Source: Amoebophrya sp. A120 (Eukaryota; Protista; Dinoflagellata). Taken from it: 64,000 bases of DNA. Below the pieces are notes generated by a model. The model did not search any database and was not told the DNA's origin. It saw only the letters and a program-made list of their open reading frames with translations. The position numbers and the translations under genes were made by a program. The DNA lies in contig CAJINV010000004.1 in NCBI GenBank assembly GCA_905178155.1, forward strand, positions 280,969 through 344,968, read 5' to 3'. This document shows positions 44,001 through 57,900 of the stretch, one piece after another. The first letter of the stretch is position 1. Every line of letters begins with the position of its first letter.

Positions 44001-45237
44001 CGTTCCCGCTGTCCCGTTGCACTTTTCTCAGGGGATTTCCTACCGGGGAGATAGTGAGCTGTAGCGTTCTTTGATCTTTGCTATAGATAGTACTAGTAGT
44101 CTAGTACATATAAATCTTCTGGGTGCGACGGCGACCAGTCCTCAGCATGCGAGTCAGGTGCGAGGGAGGCGTGTTCTTGCTATCGAGAAAAATACTTGGC
44201 TGAAGATGATTTATAAAAATAGAAGTGCTAGTACAAGAGCAGGCCGCTGAAGTAGTTTTATCGCACTCCGTGGATCTAAAAATTTGACACGGCCCACAAG
44301 AACTACCGTGCGACCATCCTAAAAGTTAATACTTAACTCTGGGGCTGGTCCTCCACGTAGTATGTATTCAAGTTCTGTAGCTGTACTCCCGGCGTGCTGT
44401 GCTGCGACTGTCCACAAGAGCTACAGAAAAAACTGCCGGCGCAGAAAAAAAAGAAAAGACTTGTTTCATCTTCGTTGTGCTTATTAACTTCAACGTGTGC
44501 GACGACTCTTCGAGCGCGATTCGTGTTCCACAGAAATTTCGTCACGCGTTGTCAAAAAAGCTAGCACTTGATGACTGCGCACGACCGAAAGTATAACGTA
44601 CAAGACGCGCATGCGAAAAATCTTCTGCGTCTTGCCTGTCACCACCGACGATCAATACCGATGTGGAGTCGCGCTTGCACATAATAAATTTAATTTTTTC
44701 ACTGTACATAGAAAGAACTGTTTGCGCGACGAGGACCCCATAGTTTTAGTTTTCAACTAGAAGCACTATCCAGGATGGAGCAGAAAAAAATGAATTGCGT
44801 TGTTCTCTCGCGAGCATTGCTGTTCTGATATATAGAAAGACTCTTCTAGAACACGCCCGCGCTTTTTCATCTACGCCCGGAATTAGATGAGCCTATACTT
44901 GGTTGTAGTTTCTTTGGAGTTCATGTTTTCATCATGTTCCTCTAGCGAGCTAGAGTCTTTTGCCTATTAAAAAATGATGCCATTCTACGTAGCGTAAAAT
45001 TGCTGACTATTCGGGAAGATGGCACTCTTGCGTACTCGCGGCCGTCCTGATCTCTATTGTCATTTTGGTGATAGTTTAATAGAAGAAATATTATAGTCGA
45101 GCTCGAGTGCTGATGTCGGCGCATGGTTGATGAGGAGACAGATGGACAAGTTGTACTATGTGAAGCTGAAGGCTTCAAGAACTTATAATGTTAAAAACGA
45201 AAACCAATGCGATCGATAGCTGAGCTACATTCAGATC

Positions 45238-45929
45238 ATGCAGCCCCCAGAGAAAGATCGTCGCTCCTGGTCCTCAGCTTACAGCACTACAAGCAATGTT
45301 TTTGAGTCCGCCGCTTCACCGCCGCGCAAAGCCGTGGAGGACAAGAAGGGCGACGTCAAAGGAACCGCTGGTGTTGCATATGAGACGGGATCGGGATCGC
45401 GACGCTGTCAGAACTCCTCTGAAATAATGAAAAGACCAAATCTCTGCGAAGTATCGGGAGGGCAGGGCTTGGTCGCCGAGCCTCGACTTCTCTGGCGGCC
45501 AACCCTCCGCACTGGATCGACGCGGACTTCCTACGGTCATCAAGCAAGCCACGCGTCGGCGACCTTGATACCCGCCACCAAGAACTACAAGCGATTTTCT
45601 GTTGCCGCAGATCGAGAAGGTCGCGAAGCAACTACTACATCAAACTGGGAGCAGCCTGCAAGAGCCCCATTGGGACGAGCAGCAGCTCTAATGGATACGA
45701 CGAGTAAGACCTGCATGCGTAGGACAAGTTTTACCTTGGGTGATGGCGGTGCAGTGTCGACGCAAGCGAGGCCCACCGCAGCTCCGGATGATGAAGATGC
45801 TAACGTCGACCACAAAGGATCAGCCACAACAGGTGGCTCAACATGTCAGCTTAGTGGAGAAAGTGCACGAGCAATTGGACCTCCAGAGCGTGAGTCAATG
45901 CATAATTACCGTGGCACAAAAGATGGTGG
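45238..45929 (+). CDS. Gene 2 probable first exon, low complexity
   Basis: ORF 45238; joins in frame to ORF 46096 across element 45930-46146. Confidence 0.6.
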
Positions 45930-48900
45930 TACGAACTGCAAGTATCTCTGGGTTTGGATTCTTGTAACTGAACTTGTTGCGAAGATGCCAACAAATGATC
46001 TGAGCGTCGCGGATCGAGCCTGCAGACCCAGCGGGTTCTTGCTCTGCTGTGTATTAGTACAGACCTAGCATATATAATCAAAAACCCAGCATCTGTTGAC
46101 AAATGTCTTTGTTCTAGTCCAGACCCAGACGGATTTGCAGCGGATACGAGGTGACGTAGTACATATTGCAGAGCTGGACGAGGAGCGACGGACGGAGAAA
46201 AAGCAAGAAACTGAAACAGCAACGACAATATCACGCGGAGCGACTGCATCAACTTCAACTTCTATTGGCCTAGTTGCGATGAAAATCACTGGGCCAATCC
46301 GCACGACAAGTGAAGATTTGCCTCCAGCACCAGCACCGCATCGCCGCCCCTTCCCCTTGCTGCTCGATATTGATGAGCCGCAGGGGGACTCGTTTAGCGA
46401 ACGTGGTTTCAAGTTGTGTGATTCCAAATGCACCACCAAGGGTGGGGGTGCAGCGAGAGAAACAACCGACGGGAAGACGAGCAGACTATTGACCGAGGTG
46501 GGCGAGGCGGCTTCGAGGCGCACGACGAGTGTCAAGGAGGTGAGCTTCAACATGACCTGCAAGACGAGGATCAGCAGTCATGCGCCGGGACACAGTCGTG
46601 TTGGCGCGGAGCCATCATCGGGAGCAACGCCTCTGCTTTTGACTACATCGCCACCTTCTACACGCCGGAGCCTCCAGTCGGTGGGCGTGAAAGCCCGGAC
46701 ATCGTCCACCAGTGCGTCATCGAGTTCTCTGGTGCTTCCTTATCCAGTGCAAATTCAAATACCCTTGGGTCTGGAAGAGTGCGCTCGTTTGTCAAGCATC
46801 TCGTGGACCACGGAGCCAGATGATCTGCAAGTGCAATGCACGGAAAAGCATTACTTGCAGATTTTTGTTTTTCGCATGCTCCTTGGAACGTAGCACGCAT
46901 TACCAGTGTCGTATTTACGCAGCAAGAACAAGTGGGCTTTGTTGCGTTTATGCAAGATGACAAAGCTCCGCGTAAAAATCCGGAGTCTGCGTCACAAGTT
47001 GGATTTGAATTCTTCCAGACCCAGATCAAGTATTTACGATACATAATCCTATCCTGGGGAAGATGGCGAGAACCACCAGGAACAAGAGAAGCGTGACTGA
47101 TCAAGAGGGGCCGCCCACGACAACCCCGTCCTCGGCATTACCCTGTTACAGCCCTTGCTCTAGCGGGACGATGCTCCTTCAGACCCCGAAGACGGCTAGC
47201 CTAGCAACAGCAATGCGCGCGGTAGAGGACACTGGTCGAACAGGAACAGCGCCGCAAGAAGCTGCTCTCGAGTCGTCACCATCAAGTGCTAGGACATTGT
47301 TCATGACGCTGCGAGGCACCACAGCCAGTTTTCGCACAGTGGAGCCTCCAGCACGAGGACCTCCCGCTGGCTGTTTTTCTCCCGGCCCACACGACGAGAG
47401 CGGCGCATCCTGCTCGGGCCGTCGGGTAGAAGTTGGGCCTACGAAATACCAAGTGTTATTTTACGTACACATGCAAAATGCAAAAATATAAAATGTAGTT
47501 GTCATGCTGAAGCTGAATAGGCTTGAATTAATACAGGAATGGTTTGCCATATCGAAACCGCATTTGCAATACGCGTACGGTAATAAATTTCCTGCGGATA
47601 CGTTCTCTCGCCACTTCGCGACGACTATCGGGAGCAAATTTCCGCGGCTGGGACAACCCGGATTATCAACATGTGACAACGTCGACATCTACCTCCACAG
47701 CTCCTTGGTTCGCTGATTCGTCTTCCGGGACGGAAATCCCGAACCGAAAAAGCAGTGCATCTTCTTCGATCTCTGCCCCAGCGCCATCGGTGACGGAGAC
47801 CCGAAGTCAAACGGGTCCCTCCCCTCTCGCGATGGTGAAAATGTCGGTCCGCCGCGGCAAACGCACTTCTCCGGGCGGGAAAAGGATAGCAGCAAGAACT
47901 GCGGGAACGACTCCCAGCGGTGGACGATCGCGGCGCGGCACAAAGAGCGCCGTCGACGGTGGACCATATGCAAGAAAGAACACCATCACAGTCACACTTT
48001 TGCAAGTTTTGCATCAGAAATTTGTCAGGCATGACACCAAATGTTTCCCGAATTGCAGAAACACTACACCCAGTAGAATGAAATCACGTGCTTATCAAGA
48101 AGATTGACGGCACTGCATTTTTCCGGCGCATGGCAGAAGAGAACTTTTTACTTTGCAAAAATGTGCAAAAGCAACATGCGACATCGTTTCTTCTTGGATA
48201 GGCCTCCGCAGCGACTACACTGTACTAGGAGTGTTCTACTTCAACGGCTGCCTCCTACGACGACAAGCGACGGCGAGGGATCATGGTCCTCGTCCACGAC
48301 ACCGCAAACCGCGCTTCCGTGCCTCCGTCCTACCGGCACTTCGGCTTGCTCCCGTCGTGCCACGGGTTCCGGCCCACGTCCCCGGCTTCCCGGAGCTACT
48401 CTCACCGCAGGAGCTGGAGCAGTGTCGCCATGCAGCAAGAAGCGAGTTCTTCTGCATCGGGTATGCGCCGCGGCGGGCATGCTACTCCTGAGTGTTGCGG
48501 CGCTTGTGGTGGATGGTGCCGTACTACAGCAATCCGAGACCACAGCGTCCACCAATACTGACACTTCTGTTCTTCTATCAGAAGGCACGCAGCTGACCTC
48601 TTCAACTCCAGGGTTCAATGACCTCACTGGCAGCACGACCCAGGGGAGAAGACCAGATCTACTTCAGGGCACGACTAGTGGGGCGGAACTCGTCGCAAGG
48701 CGGCCGCGGCGCGGGGGCCGGCTATTGGGAAAGCTACTGGAAGCGAAGCGCGCTTCATCCGCTACTGGTGCTGGTGCGTCGATGACGAGGAGTGCAAGTG
48801 CCTCCTCCTCCGCAATGTCTACGCAGCTCCCCCCTTCCGGACTGTCGACGAGCCCGCCGGTCGTGCAGAAGGTGGCAACATCTATTTCATCCTCTTCTGC

Positions 48901-51900
48901 CCCCCGAGAAGTGAGGGACTCATTTGAAGACTCTTCAGACAGCAACGCCTTTGACGACGGGTCGTCGGGCGCCGCGCCTGACACGCGCGTCCGCGACCAG
49001 CTAGAGGTTGACGAAGAGGCGGCGCGAAGGGACGCGGCGTTCGCCAAGGTGCTCCAGCGACGCGAGTCGAGGCGGGCGGCCCAGCGACGTGCCCGCGTGG
49101 CGGCAAAGGGGGGCGATCCGTTCGCGATCTCCTGGCTGGCGACCGCGATGCGGCCCGAAGAGGATTTGGCGGCCGTGCCGACCGCGACAACTGTTGCAGC
49201 TGGACCACGCAAAGAACAAACTACTAGATACGGTGCTGACCACAGGAATGATCCTCATTCCGAGTTGTCATCCAACGAAAACGAGTTGCAGGACCACCAC
49301 TCGCGGTCCAGTACCGGTTCTGGAGCCGCAGGCAACATGCGGCATGCTAGTGTTACACCAGCCTCTCCCACTCTCGACACGGAGCTCCTGGTCTCCAGTT
49401 CCGCTTCATCATCCGCCGCGTCAACATCGCGCGTCCATGCATCGGTGGTCCGCGAAACGCCGGCCCGACCAAAACGCGAGGGCGAAGTGGATCCGCCCTA
49501 TTACACTCCGAAGAATATCATGAAAGTCGCGACCATCTCAACCGCTTCCCCGAATGTCGTCGCGCACCAGCAGCGCAAAGGCGGCGACGCGTCACGCCAA
49601 GAGGCCAAGCAGCGCACTTCGCATTCACCAGGTCACGACCCTGCAGCGGCTGTTGAACCGGCAGAGGCCAAAAGCGCTTCCGCGGCCTTGATGCAAACGG
49701 GGGCGGAGCAGAAGATCATGAAGTCCGAGTCTTCTTCTTCCTCTTCGTTCTCGCAAAGTAAACAAGGTTCTGAAAGTACTTCCAAGACGGGAACAAGTAG
49801 AACAACGAGCAAGCAGACACGACAAGGCACGTCAACTTCCGGCCGTGACATGTTCTCCGCATCTGTCACCAACAGGTGGGACACCTACGACTTTCACCTT
49901 CCGCACTCACCTATCGCACGAAATCAAACCTGCTTCACTATAGCGCTTTTCTAAGGTTTGTGCCTTGTAGTTCAGAACACCTACACCACTTGGTTCCCAC
50001 CAGAAGACCAAATTTTCCCTGCGTGCTCGTAATAAACAGACGAGATAAAAATATACACGGCTAGAGAGGCACAGACTGTTTTGCATGTGTAGCAAGGGCA
50101 CAAGCTGCGCCTATTCGCTGCGCCCTGATTTGCATTGCAAGTATTCAGTGAGGCATTCTCTTTCCTCGATACCGCCCGGTATGGCCTTTTGCGACTACGG
50201 CGAGTCCGTGACCGAGGCGGAGTGCGACGATAAGGCTCTGCTGCTGCGGCGGCGGTTTGGCGGTCCCGTGACGCCGGAGATCGCGACCGGCGAAGGGGGC
50301 CAGTGCGGCGACGGAAACTGGGGCGAGGTGCCCATGGGGTGCTCGGTTCGCACGGGCGCCTACGACCGCAAGGGGGACCACAAGCCGCATCTGGCCTGGC
50401 GACCCTACTATAAGACCGGCGAGCCCCCGATGGGGTACTTTAAGTATGCGGATTGCATCGCGCAGATGTACCAGATTGTTTGCCGCTCCGACGAGTCACT
50501 GGCCCTTCCGGGGGACGAGCTGTCCGCCGAGGAGGGCCACGTCTTCTTCGGGGACCCGGGATCCCCGGTCTGCCCGGACGGCGAACTCTTTACAGGGTCG
50601 GCGACGGAATGCGAGCGTCTGGGAGGGCTGCTGTACCGGAAATACGCAAGCTCCTCGTTCGTCATGCAGATTGCCATGGGCGCATCGGAGTGCGGACAAC
50701 CGGGCCGACCGGAGAAGAAAGATCGACACGGGGTCATCAAGCAAGTCTACTATGAGCCTACCGCGCCACCCGGGTGCAGTTTCCGCATCGACCACGGTAA
50801 AGATGGCGAGGACAACTGGCGCACCTTCTACAATCGAGCGTACATGGCGCCGCAGAACCTGGATAACTACGGACCCGGAGAGTGCGTCTTGAACCAGTTT
50901 ATCGGTATCTGTACGTTCCCCGCGAATCCCGGCGTGCTAAAATACTGGCTGGTCAACGAAGACAACATGAATTGCGAAAAGGCGGGCGACTTCGCTGGGT
51001 TTAAGGTGATCCAAACCGCGGGGCACTGCGGCTACGCAGCCGGGCAGCTCAAGAAGTACGGCAGCAGCTCGGTCGAAGGCGGGAATCCCAACCTGCCAGA
51101 CGCCAACACTGGAGATCTTACTGTACCAGATGCCAACCACATTGACGATGATTGGAAAGGCAGCTCGTTCGGCACGGAGGTGCAGGACTGTCAAGAAGGC
51201 TACTGTGCCCCCCACACGTACATTCGCGAGCGACCCCCCGGGTGTTACTGCAGCTACGCAACGAAGCAGTGCCACTTCAACAATGGCGGGTTTACCAGAG
51301 ACTCGCTCGGAAACTACGCAGCGGCGCGCAAGGAAGGAGAGACCGATGCCGGAAGTGGGTACGTGCCCCTTTGCTTTCGCAACGATTTACACCGGAGGGA
51401 TAGTGCGGATGCGTCCACGTTCAACTTCGCGACACGGTACGCCATAACGGCAGGGAATCCCGTGGGCCTGGTGCAGTACCGGGGCACCCCGGCCGTGAAT
51501 CCGCCGAGCACACTGAGCGCGCCCTCCAAGTGCCTCAAGGGCGGAGGCGCCGCGTATGTACGTTGCTGTTCGGACAGTCAAGCAAGTATTCCCATGGCGC
51601 AATACGGGTGCACCGATGACAACGACTGCCATCCATGCCGCGGACCGATGTACAAGGACAACAACGGTGCGAAGGGTGATCAGACGCATGAAGAAGGCGC
51701 AGGGGGTATTACAATGAAAAATGCCCCCACCCCCGAACTTAAAAGCATTTGTATTGCAAACCTTTCCAAATGAAACACTCGCCCTCTTGCATGTATCAGC
51801 ATCACAGATTTCCGATCGTGAATAGCAAAAATTTGCATTGCAAAAGGTCCCAGCAAGAGCGGTGCTTGTCATGCAAGCGATGCGAAACACGAGTAGACTC

Positions 51901-54900
51901 TGCATCAGATGAAGGATTAGTGCTCCTTTCATGCACGACAAGAAGTTTGCATTTGGAAACTTCGCATCACAAATTTTTGCAAATTTGGCGGTGGGGGGCA
52001 CTTTTCGCTGTAACAGGGGGACCAGCGGTAATTCGGTGGTACTACAAGAGGCCCGGACACACGTATCAAGTGCAAAAGTGTCTGGTTCTGGAAGGTTGGA
52101 GCTTGTGACGCTAGCTTTGGAGTCTAAAAAAATCTGCATTGCACGATCAGCAAGAGGAGTCTAGTTTGTGTTACGCGGGGAGGGCATTTGTCATGCGGAA
52201 TATGCATCAGGAAGCCCTCTAAAAGTCACGCATTACAGAAATCGAAATTCTGGATCATTCATGCAAAATATGCATGACGAACACGAATCTGGCAATCTTC
52301 CAGACCCAGACATTTTTGCATTTGATAACACGGTGGAGACTGCAATGCAATTTTGCGAGCTTTGGAACATGCGACTCTGCACGATCGAGGAGATCTACAC
52401 TGGGGTCGGGGTTCCCGATGAGGACGATTGTGGATTTGACAGCCGTCACATCTGGACCAGCACCGTCTGCCCGCAGGAGGCATTGGGCAGCTTCGAGCTA
52501 TTCGCACTGGGCCAACAAGACACCGAAGCCAGCATCATTCTGACGGCGAGAGGTGTGCCAGAGACAATTAAAATAACCGCTGGCGGTGGTTCGAAAGAAG
52601 CCGCTTTGCCCCAACATATCGAAGTGAAAGCTGCTCCTACCCAAGACAGGGAAAGCGTTTGCATTGCAAGATGGAAACTCTCCCCGTTTTGCATCTTCCG
52701 GCAACACAGATTCTTCTTGTTCTTCATCTAGGAGAATGTTGGTAAAAGCTTGTGTATGTGCTGCAAAAAGTAAAAGAACTAGCACGCGCTCGCGCAGAAC
52801 TCCTACCAAAAGATGCGTGCTGCAATTATGCCGAAGGTGCCGCTAACGAAGAGTTGTAGTCGATCGACGTGTAGCTATAGATGAAAAGTTTTTCATTATG
52901 AAATACGAAAACCTTATGCAGTAGAAAACTTTCCCAATTACGGTGCTGGGTCGCTTTTCATTCTGATACAAACCCTCGGGAGAAGTCTCAAACTCACCAT
53001 GAAGTTCGAAAAGTTGCCTGCCGGGATGCGTATCGTGTGTAAAAGCGTCCCCACCTCAGACTTATCACGCAAGTCTACAAATCTGAAAAGAAATGCGTGT
53101 CTCTCGCATGCGCTCTCGCCACCCCGGAGGGGGGCCATTGTCATTGAATTTCTTTAAATGCTATCAGGGAGATGAAGTTTATCTTTATTTTCATGCTAGA
53201 AGCAGGATACGCCGATACATTGATGTCTATGCGATCTCACTAGCTACAAATACACAATTCCACTGCAAGACTAAGCACGTCATCCGGGTGGACTACTTGA
53301 ATTTATTTTTTCTGATCGGTAGCAAAATGCTCGTCTTAATAACGCTGCGTACGGATGGGGACGTTTTTCTTTTCCCTCAGGATAATGCAAGAGGTTTACC
53401 TAGACCCAGACCAGGCCTCGCAGTACTACATCACCACTGCGGCCACCTACGAGGACATGACGTCGGACACGTCCATCATCTGCCCCTACTATAATAGCGA
53501 GGGACTGGGCTGCAACGCCCTGCGGTCCGGGGTGCTCTCCGTAGTTGGCGTCGACAACGAGATCAAATTCGAGCTGAAGGATACCGTCTTCACGACGGCA
53601 GGGTCCCCCGCCTTTCGGCTGGACTACCCCAACGAATGCACGTCTCGCAAGAAGGCGACGGCCCATGTGCGGTGCTGCAGCTGGAACAAGTTCCAGGGGT
53701 TAGACGACGCCAGCACGAAACTGGAGCAATACAGTGTGAAACTTTCGATGCAGGTCTATTGCGGGTACAAGTACTGCGCCGCGCTGAAGAAGCGCACCTA
53801 CGACGAAGCCGTCGAGCACTGTGAATACTTCGGCTTCACGCTGTGCGAGTTGGAGGAGGCCTATCTCGGCGTGCCCGGAGTTACCGGCTGCAACTTCGAC
53901 CAGAGCCGGATTTGGACGAAAACCGCGTGCACGGGCGGCGAGCTTCCGCTTCACCAACAGGATCCGGGGCTCGCGCCGCCTCCGCGAAACGAAATGGTCT
54001 ACCTCGCCGATGCGCATCTGTCCTGCCTGCGCGTGGAGACCGGGATCGACCACCATTTCTACGCCAAGTTTGACTACCTCGACTTCACCGCCATTGCGCC
54101 GATGGCCGCAGACCGGTCCTACGCCGCGCAGGGTTTGCACGAGCCCCTCACGGAGTGCCTGATGAACTCCGACTGTTGCTACGTGAACGCCGCAGGGTAC
54201 CTCGGTTCCGCGGAGCAATTCGTATCAAGTGTAAAAATGTCTGGGTCTGGAAGATTGCAATTAAATCTGCAGCATGCAAAAATCTGTGCTGCATGATTGC
54301 CAAAAGTCGTCCAGTTTTGACCAAGTCGGGAGGTGGTTTCTCATGCAGGATAGGCGTTAGAAAGGTCTCGCAGAATCTGTCATGCTAGGCCCTGCATTCC
54401 AGACCTCATGGGTCATGGAAAAGCAGCATGACAGACAAATCGCGCACTCTTCCAGACCCAGACATTTTTACATTTGATAGCTCGCGCGCTTGTACAAGGT
54501 GGACCCTGCCTACATGAACCTGGAGTGCACCTTCACCTATGGCCCCTTTGGGGACGAGCAGTACATGCTCAGTTTTGCGAAGGCCAAGTGTTTCGACTAC
54601 ATCTCCGAAAACACCTTCGTGATGCGGTCGGACGGAAAGAAAATTCCGACGCCCGTGGGTGTGCACGCGAAAGGGAAAATCAGCGTGCAGACCGCGAACT
54701 CGCTGCCGCTCGCCGGCTGGGGCCAGTGGGCGTACGCGGCTACCCAGTGCTACCTCGATATTTCCTCGGCGGTGGCGGTGCACGCCGACTCGCTGTGCGG
54801 GGGCACGACCTACTTCAGCAAAATCAACCAGAAAGGGAAGCGCGCCGAACACAAGGACGACGAGGGCAACGAGTCTTATCCGCTGCGGTCGGGCCCGAAC

Positions 54901-57900
54901 GTGGGCAGCTGCGTGGACACCTGTAGCGTCACTGAAAACCAAATGAACTACTTCGAACTAGCGCGCCTTTCTCCTGAGGCGCACAGTCCCGCACGCTACA
55001 TGGGTTTCTGCTTGAGTTCCGCAGATATGAACCGGCGAAACCTACAAAAGGAGGAGGCCGAAGGCAATGTGAACGAAGTGTGCGTGAGCGACTCCACGGG
55101 AAAGACCAAAGGGGGGGAAGGCGGGCAGTGGAGCTGGATCTTCCAGAAACGGTTTAACAACGACGACTTCTTTGAGGAAGTCACCACCACGACCACCCCC
55201 AAGCCGGACCCGGGCGTTCCCGGGGACGTCCTTTGGAAGTGGACGCGGATGAGCGAGATGCCTGGCTTCAGTGGCGCATGCTCCTACGACGAAGGAGCCG
55301 TGCTGGTGTTGCAGTCCCCTTTCTTCGTCGATGAGTTCAACCTGAACTGGAACGATATGGCGTTTTCAACTGTTACATTCTCAACTGTTACATGAATTTG
55401 TCATCCAGAACTACCATCAAGATCCATACGTGGAAGCTGCTTCGCATGACAAATTTGCGAAGAGCTAAACAGCGCCTAAATCTGTGCAGAACTTGTAATT
55501 ATACAAGAGGTGAACACGCTCCACACGTAAAAGGTTAGGCTTGTCGCTTTTCGCTTCTTTGTCTTTCTATTCGCACTGTAACGCTACACTTGGGGCCTTG
55601 AGCGTCGACCTAAACCTTACGAAAATTCCAATCGTAAAGCCTACTAGTATGCGGCCTTGCAGCTTTTTTCAGAATGTCGCTGAGAAGAAAGCTGTCCATT
55701 TGTCTTGTCCGATGTGCCCGCTTTATCGTGTTTTGCATCACACATGCATGATGCTGCATTCGTAATTCAATCGCAAACTGAGCACCAACATCAAAAACAT
55801 CTTTGCGCTCACAACTCGAAAGCAAGAGCTTCTTTTTATTCGCCGCTTGAAAATAGTAACATCTTTACAGTGGAATTTTCTGAGGATTTGATTTGTGCCT
55901 TCGATCGTCATCATCTTCTTCTTCTTTCTTTTCTTCATCGCTGTTTCTTCGATTTTGGAACGAGTGGAGCGCGTTCATCTTCTTTTCTGGTAAAAAATCC
56001 ACCCGCGCCGTACCGTTGCGAATTCAGACGCGTTAACTGGTAGAGCTTCATTTTGTGCCTCCTTGTATTGTGTCGCCCAGCCTTCCGCTCCGAAAAGTTC
56101 CCCTTCGTAATGCATTGCCGTTTTGTAGGGTGCGATGCGTAGCCCGCACGCCTCCGGATTTGTGCCCCGGAATTCTTAAAATATAAACATAGCCTAGGAC
56201 TGGCGAAGGGATTTATTAGTTTTAGTGTCGGAACTAGTACCGGATAGCGCCTAGCTAGGATTTCAGCAATTTTACTCGCCCGACCCGTGGCCGGGCTTCC
56301 CGTATCTTTTTCTCTAGCTGGTGTCTCATCCGCTTGCGTTTCGCGTAGCAGTGGCAATTTCGCGCGAACTTTTTTGCTACTCCGGCGGGCCCACTGGTCA
56401 CGTCTTATGTGTGTCTCGACAAAAACAGCCGCGAGCTGTTTCACCCCTTCAAGAAAATCGGGCAGCGTATCAGAGTACCGCAAAAACCGCAGCACTGCGC
56501 TGCCTGCCACCGCAAGTGCTGTCTTTCTATGTGTGTTCGAGTCCAGCCATATATGGAAATCGGAAAACCTTGAAAGAGAAACTATTCCGCTTTTCATATA
56601 GCCTTATCTGCGGTCTGCCCCCCTGGTAATCGAACAAGTCAGGTCCATGAAGTTAACCCGGCGCCTAGTGTCCTTCGAGTCTTTTTCACATTTCAGCGCC
56701 CCGTAGACTTTTTCAGGCAAAAGCTAGCTCCGGACTGTTCACCGTCAACAGGTCGTCTATGAATCGAAAAACATAGCGGAAATTCCTAGCGTAGTCCCTT
56801 GCGCTTCTTGTTCCGCCTAGCAGCTTTACTAGGAGGTGCTGACACTCTTTGCGCCACAGGTATAAGCTTGCTACCAGCGGCCCGGGGTTTATCCCGATCG
56901 GAATGCCGGTCGTCTGCTGGCAAAGGAATTTGCCCAGCCCCATCACATAGGCGCTATGTGTCATCAGCTTGAAAAGTTCAAAAACTTGCCTCCTATTTAG
57001 CGCAAACTCCGTCACTGGTGGAACTTTACCACTAGAGTCCGCGGGCGGGTTTTGGTCTATCGGTTGCGAAGTCCATCGAACATCGCGCCGCCTTGTTTCG
57101 CCGTACTCTTTTGGCGCTGACTGCTACGCATGGCCTACTTGGCATGAAGGCAAACTTGAAAACCCAATCAAATTCTTCTCGCGAGTCATCCTGGTCCAGC
57201 ATCGTGTATAAAGTCGAAAAGTCATAAGTCGCCACGTCCTGCACTCTGTGAGTGGGCCGCTTCGCTAGTTGGTCCAGTACTTCTATCGAGTTTTTTAGGA
57301 CCCAAGAAAACTTCGCCACCCCGTCGACTCCTTTCTCTTCGCAGTATTTCTAGCTAGAGGCGCAGCCTCCGTGTAATGTTAGAGGTGCAACCTCCCGTCT
57401 TTCACTTTTGCAATTCTTCTTGCGTCACAAATTCATGTAACAGTTGAAAGTGTAATAATTGAGAACGCCATAAGCGACCTTGTCGACCCGTACACGGGAA
57501 TGATGGACTTTCGGTCAGCCACCGCGTACTGCAAGGCGCTCTACGACTGCGCCTACGTCGTGGAGGACACGCCGGCCGGGACGGACGGAGACGAGTGCAC
57601 GCTCCTCCGGATAGATACGGTATACAGTGCCAAGGAACTGTATGGGAGTGTCAGGATCGAAATCGTCAGAGTTGAAATAAATAAATTTGTGATGCATAGA
57701 GCGGGCACCTGTCGTGTTGGCGCCTAGTTGTAGTTTTCAAGTGGCGCATGACAAATTTGGGTAGAGCTGAAATCCAGTTTGTAATGCTGTTTGGGTAAGG
57801 GAGACGCCTGCCGTCATGCTGCTTCAGCAGCTCAATTTCTACCCCGCAACAGGCTTGCAATCTGCATCCCTTGCGTCCTCTGCAATAGAGGCAATTGCTG

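Noticed and set aside
41083-45237. Dinoflagellate spliced-leader relic, tRNA or snRNA in the intergenic region
   Set aside because: No CCGTAGCCATTTTGGCTCAAG match or cloverleaf seen by eye; a covariance search would be needed to exclude them.
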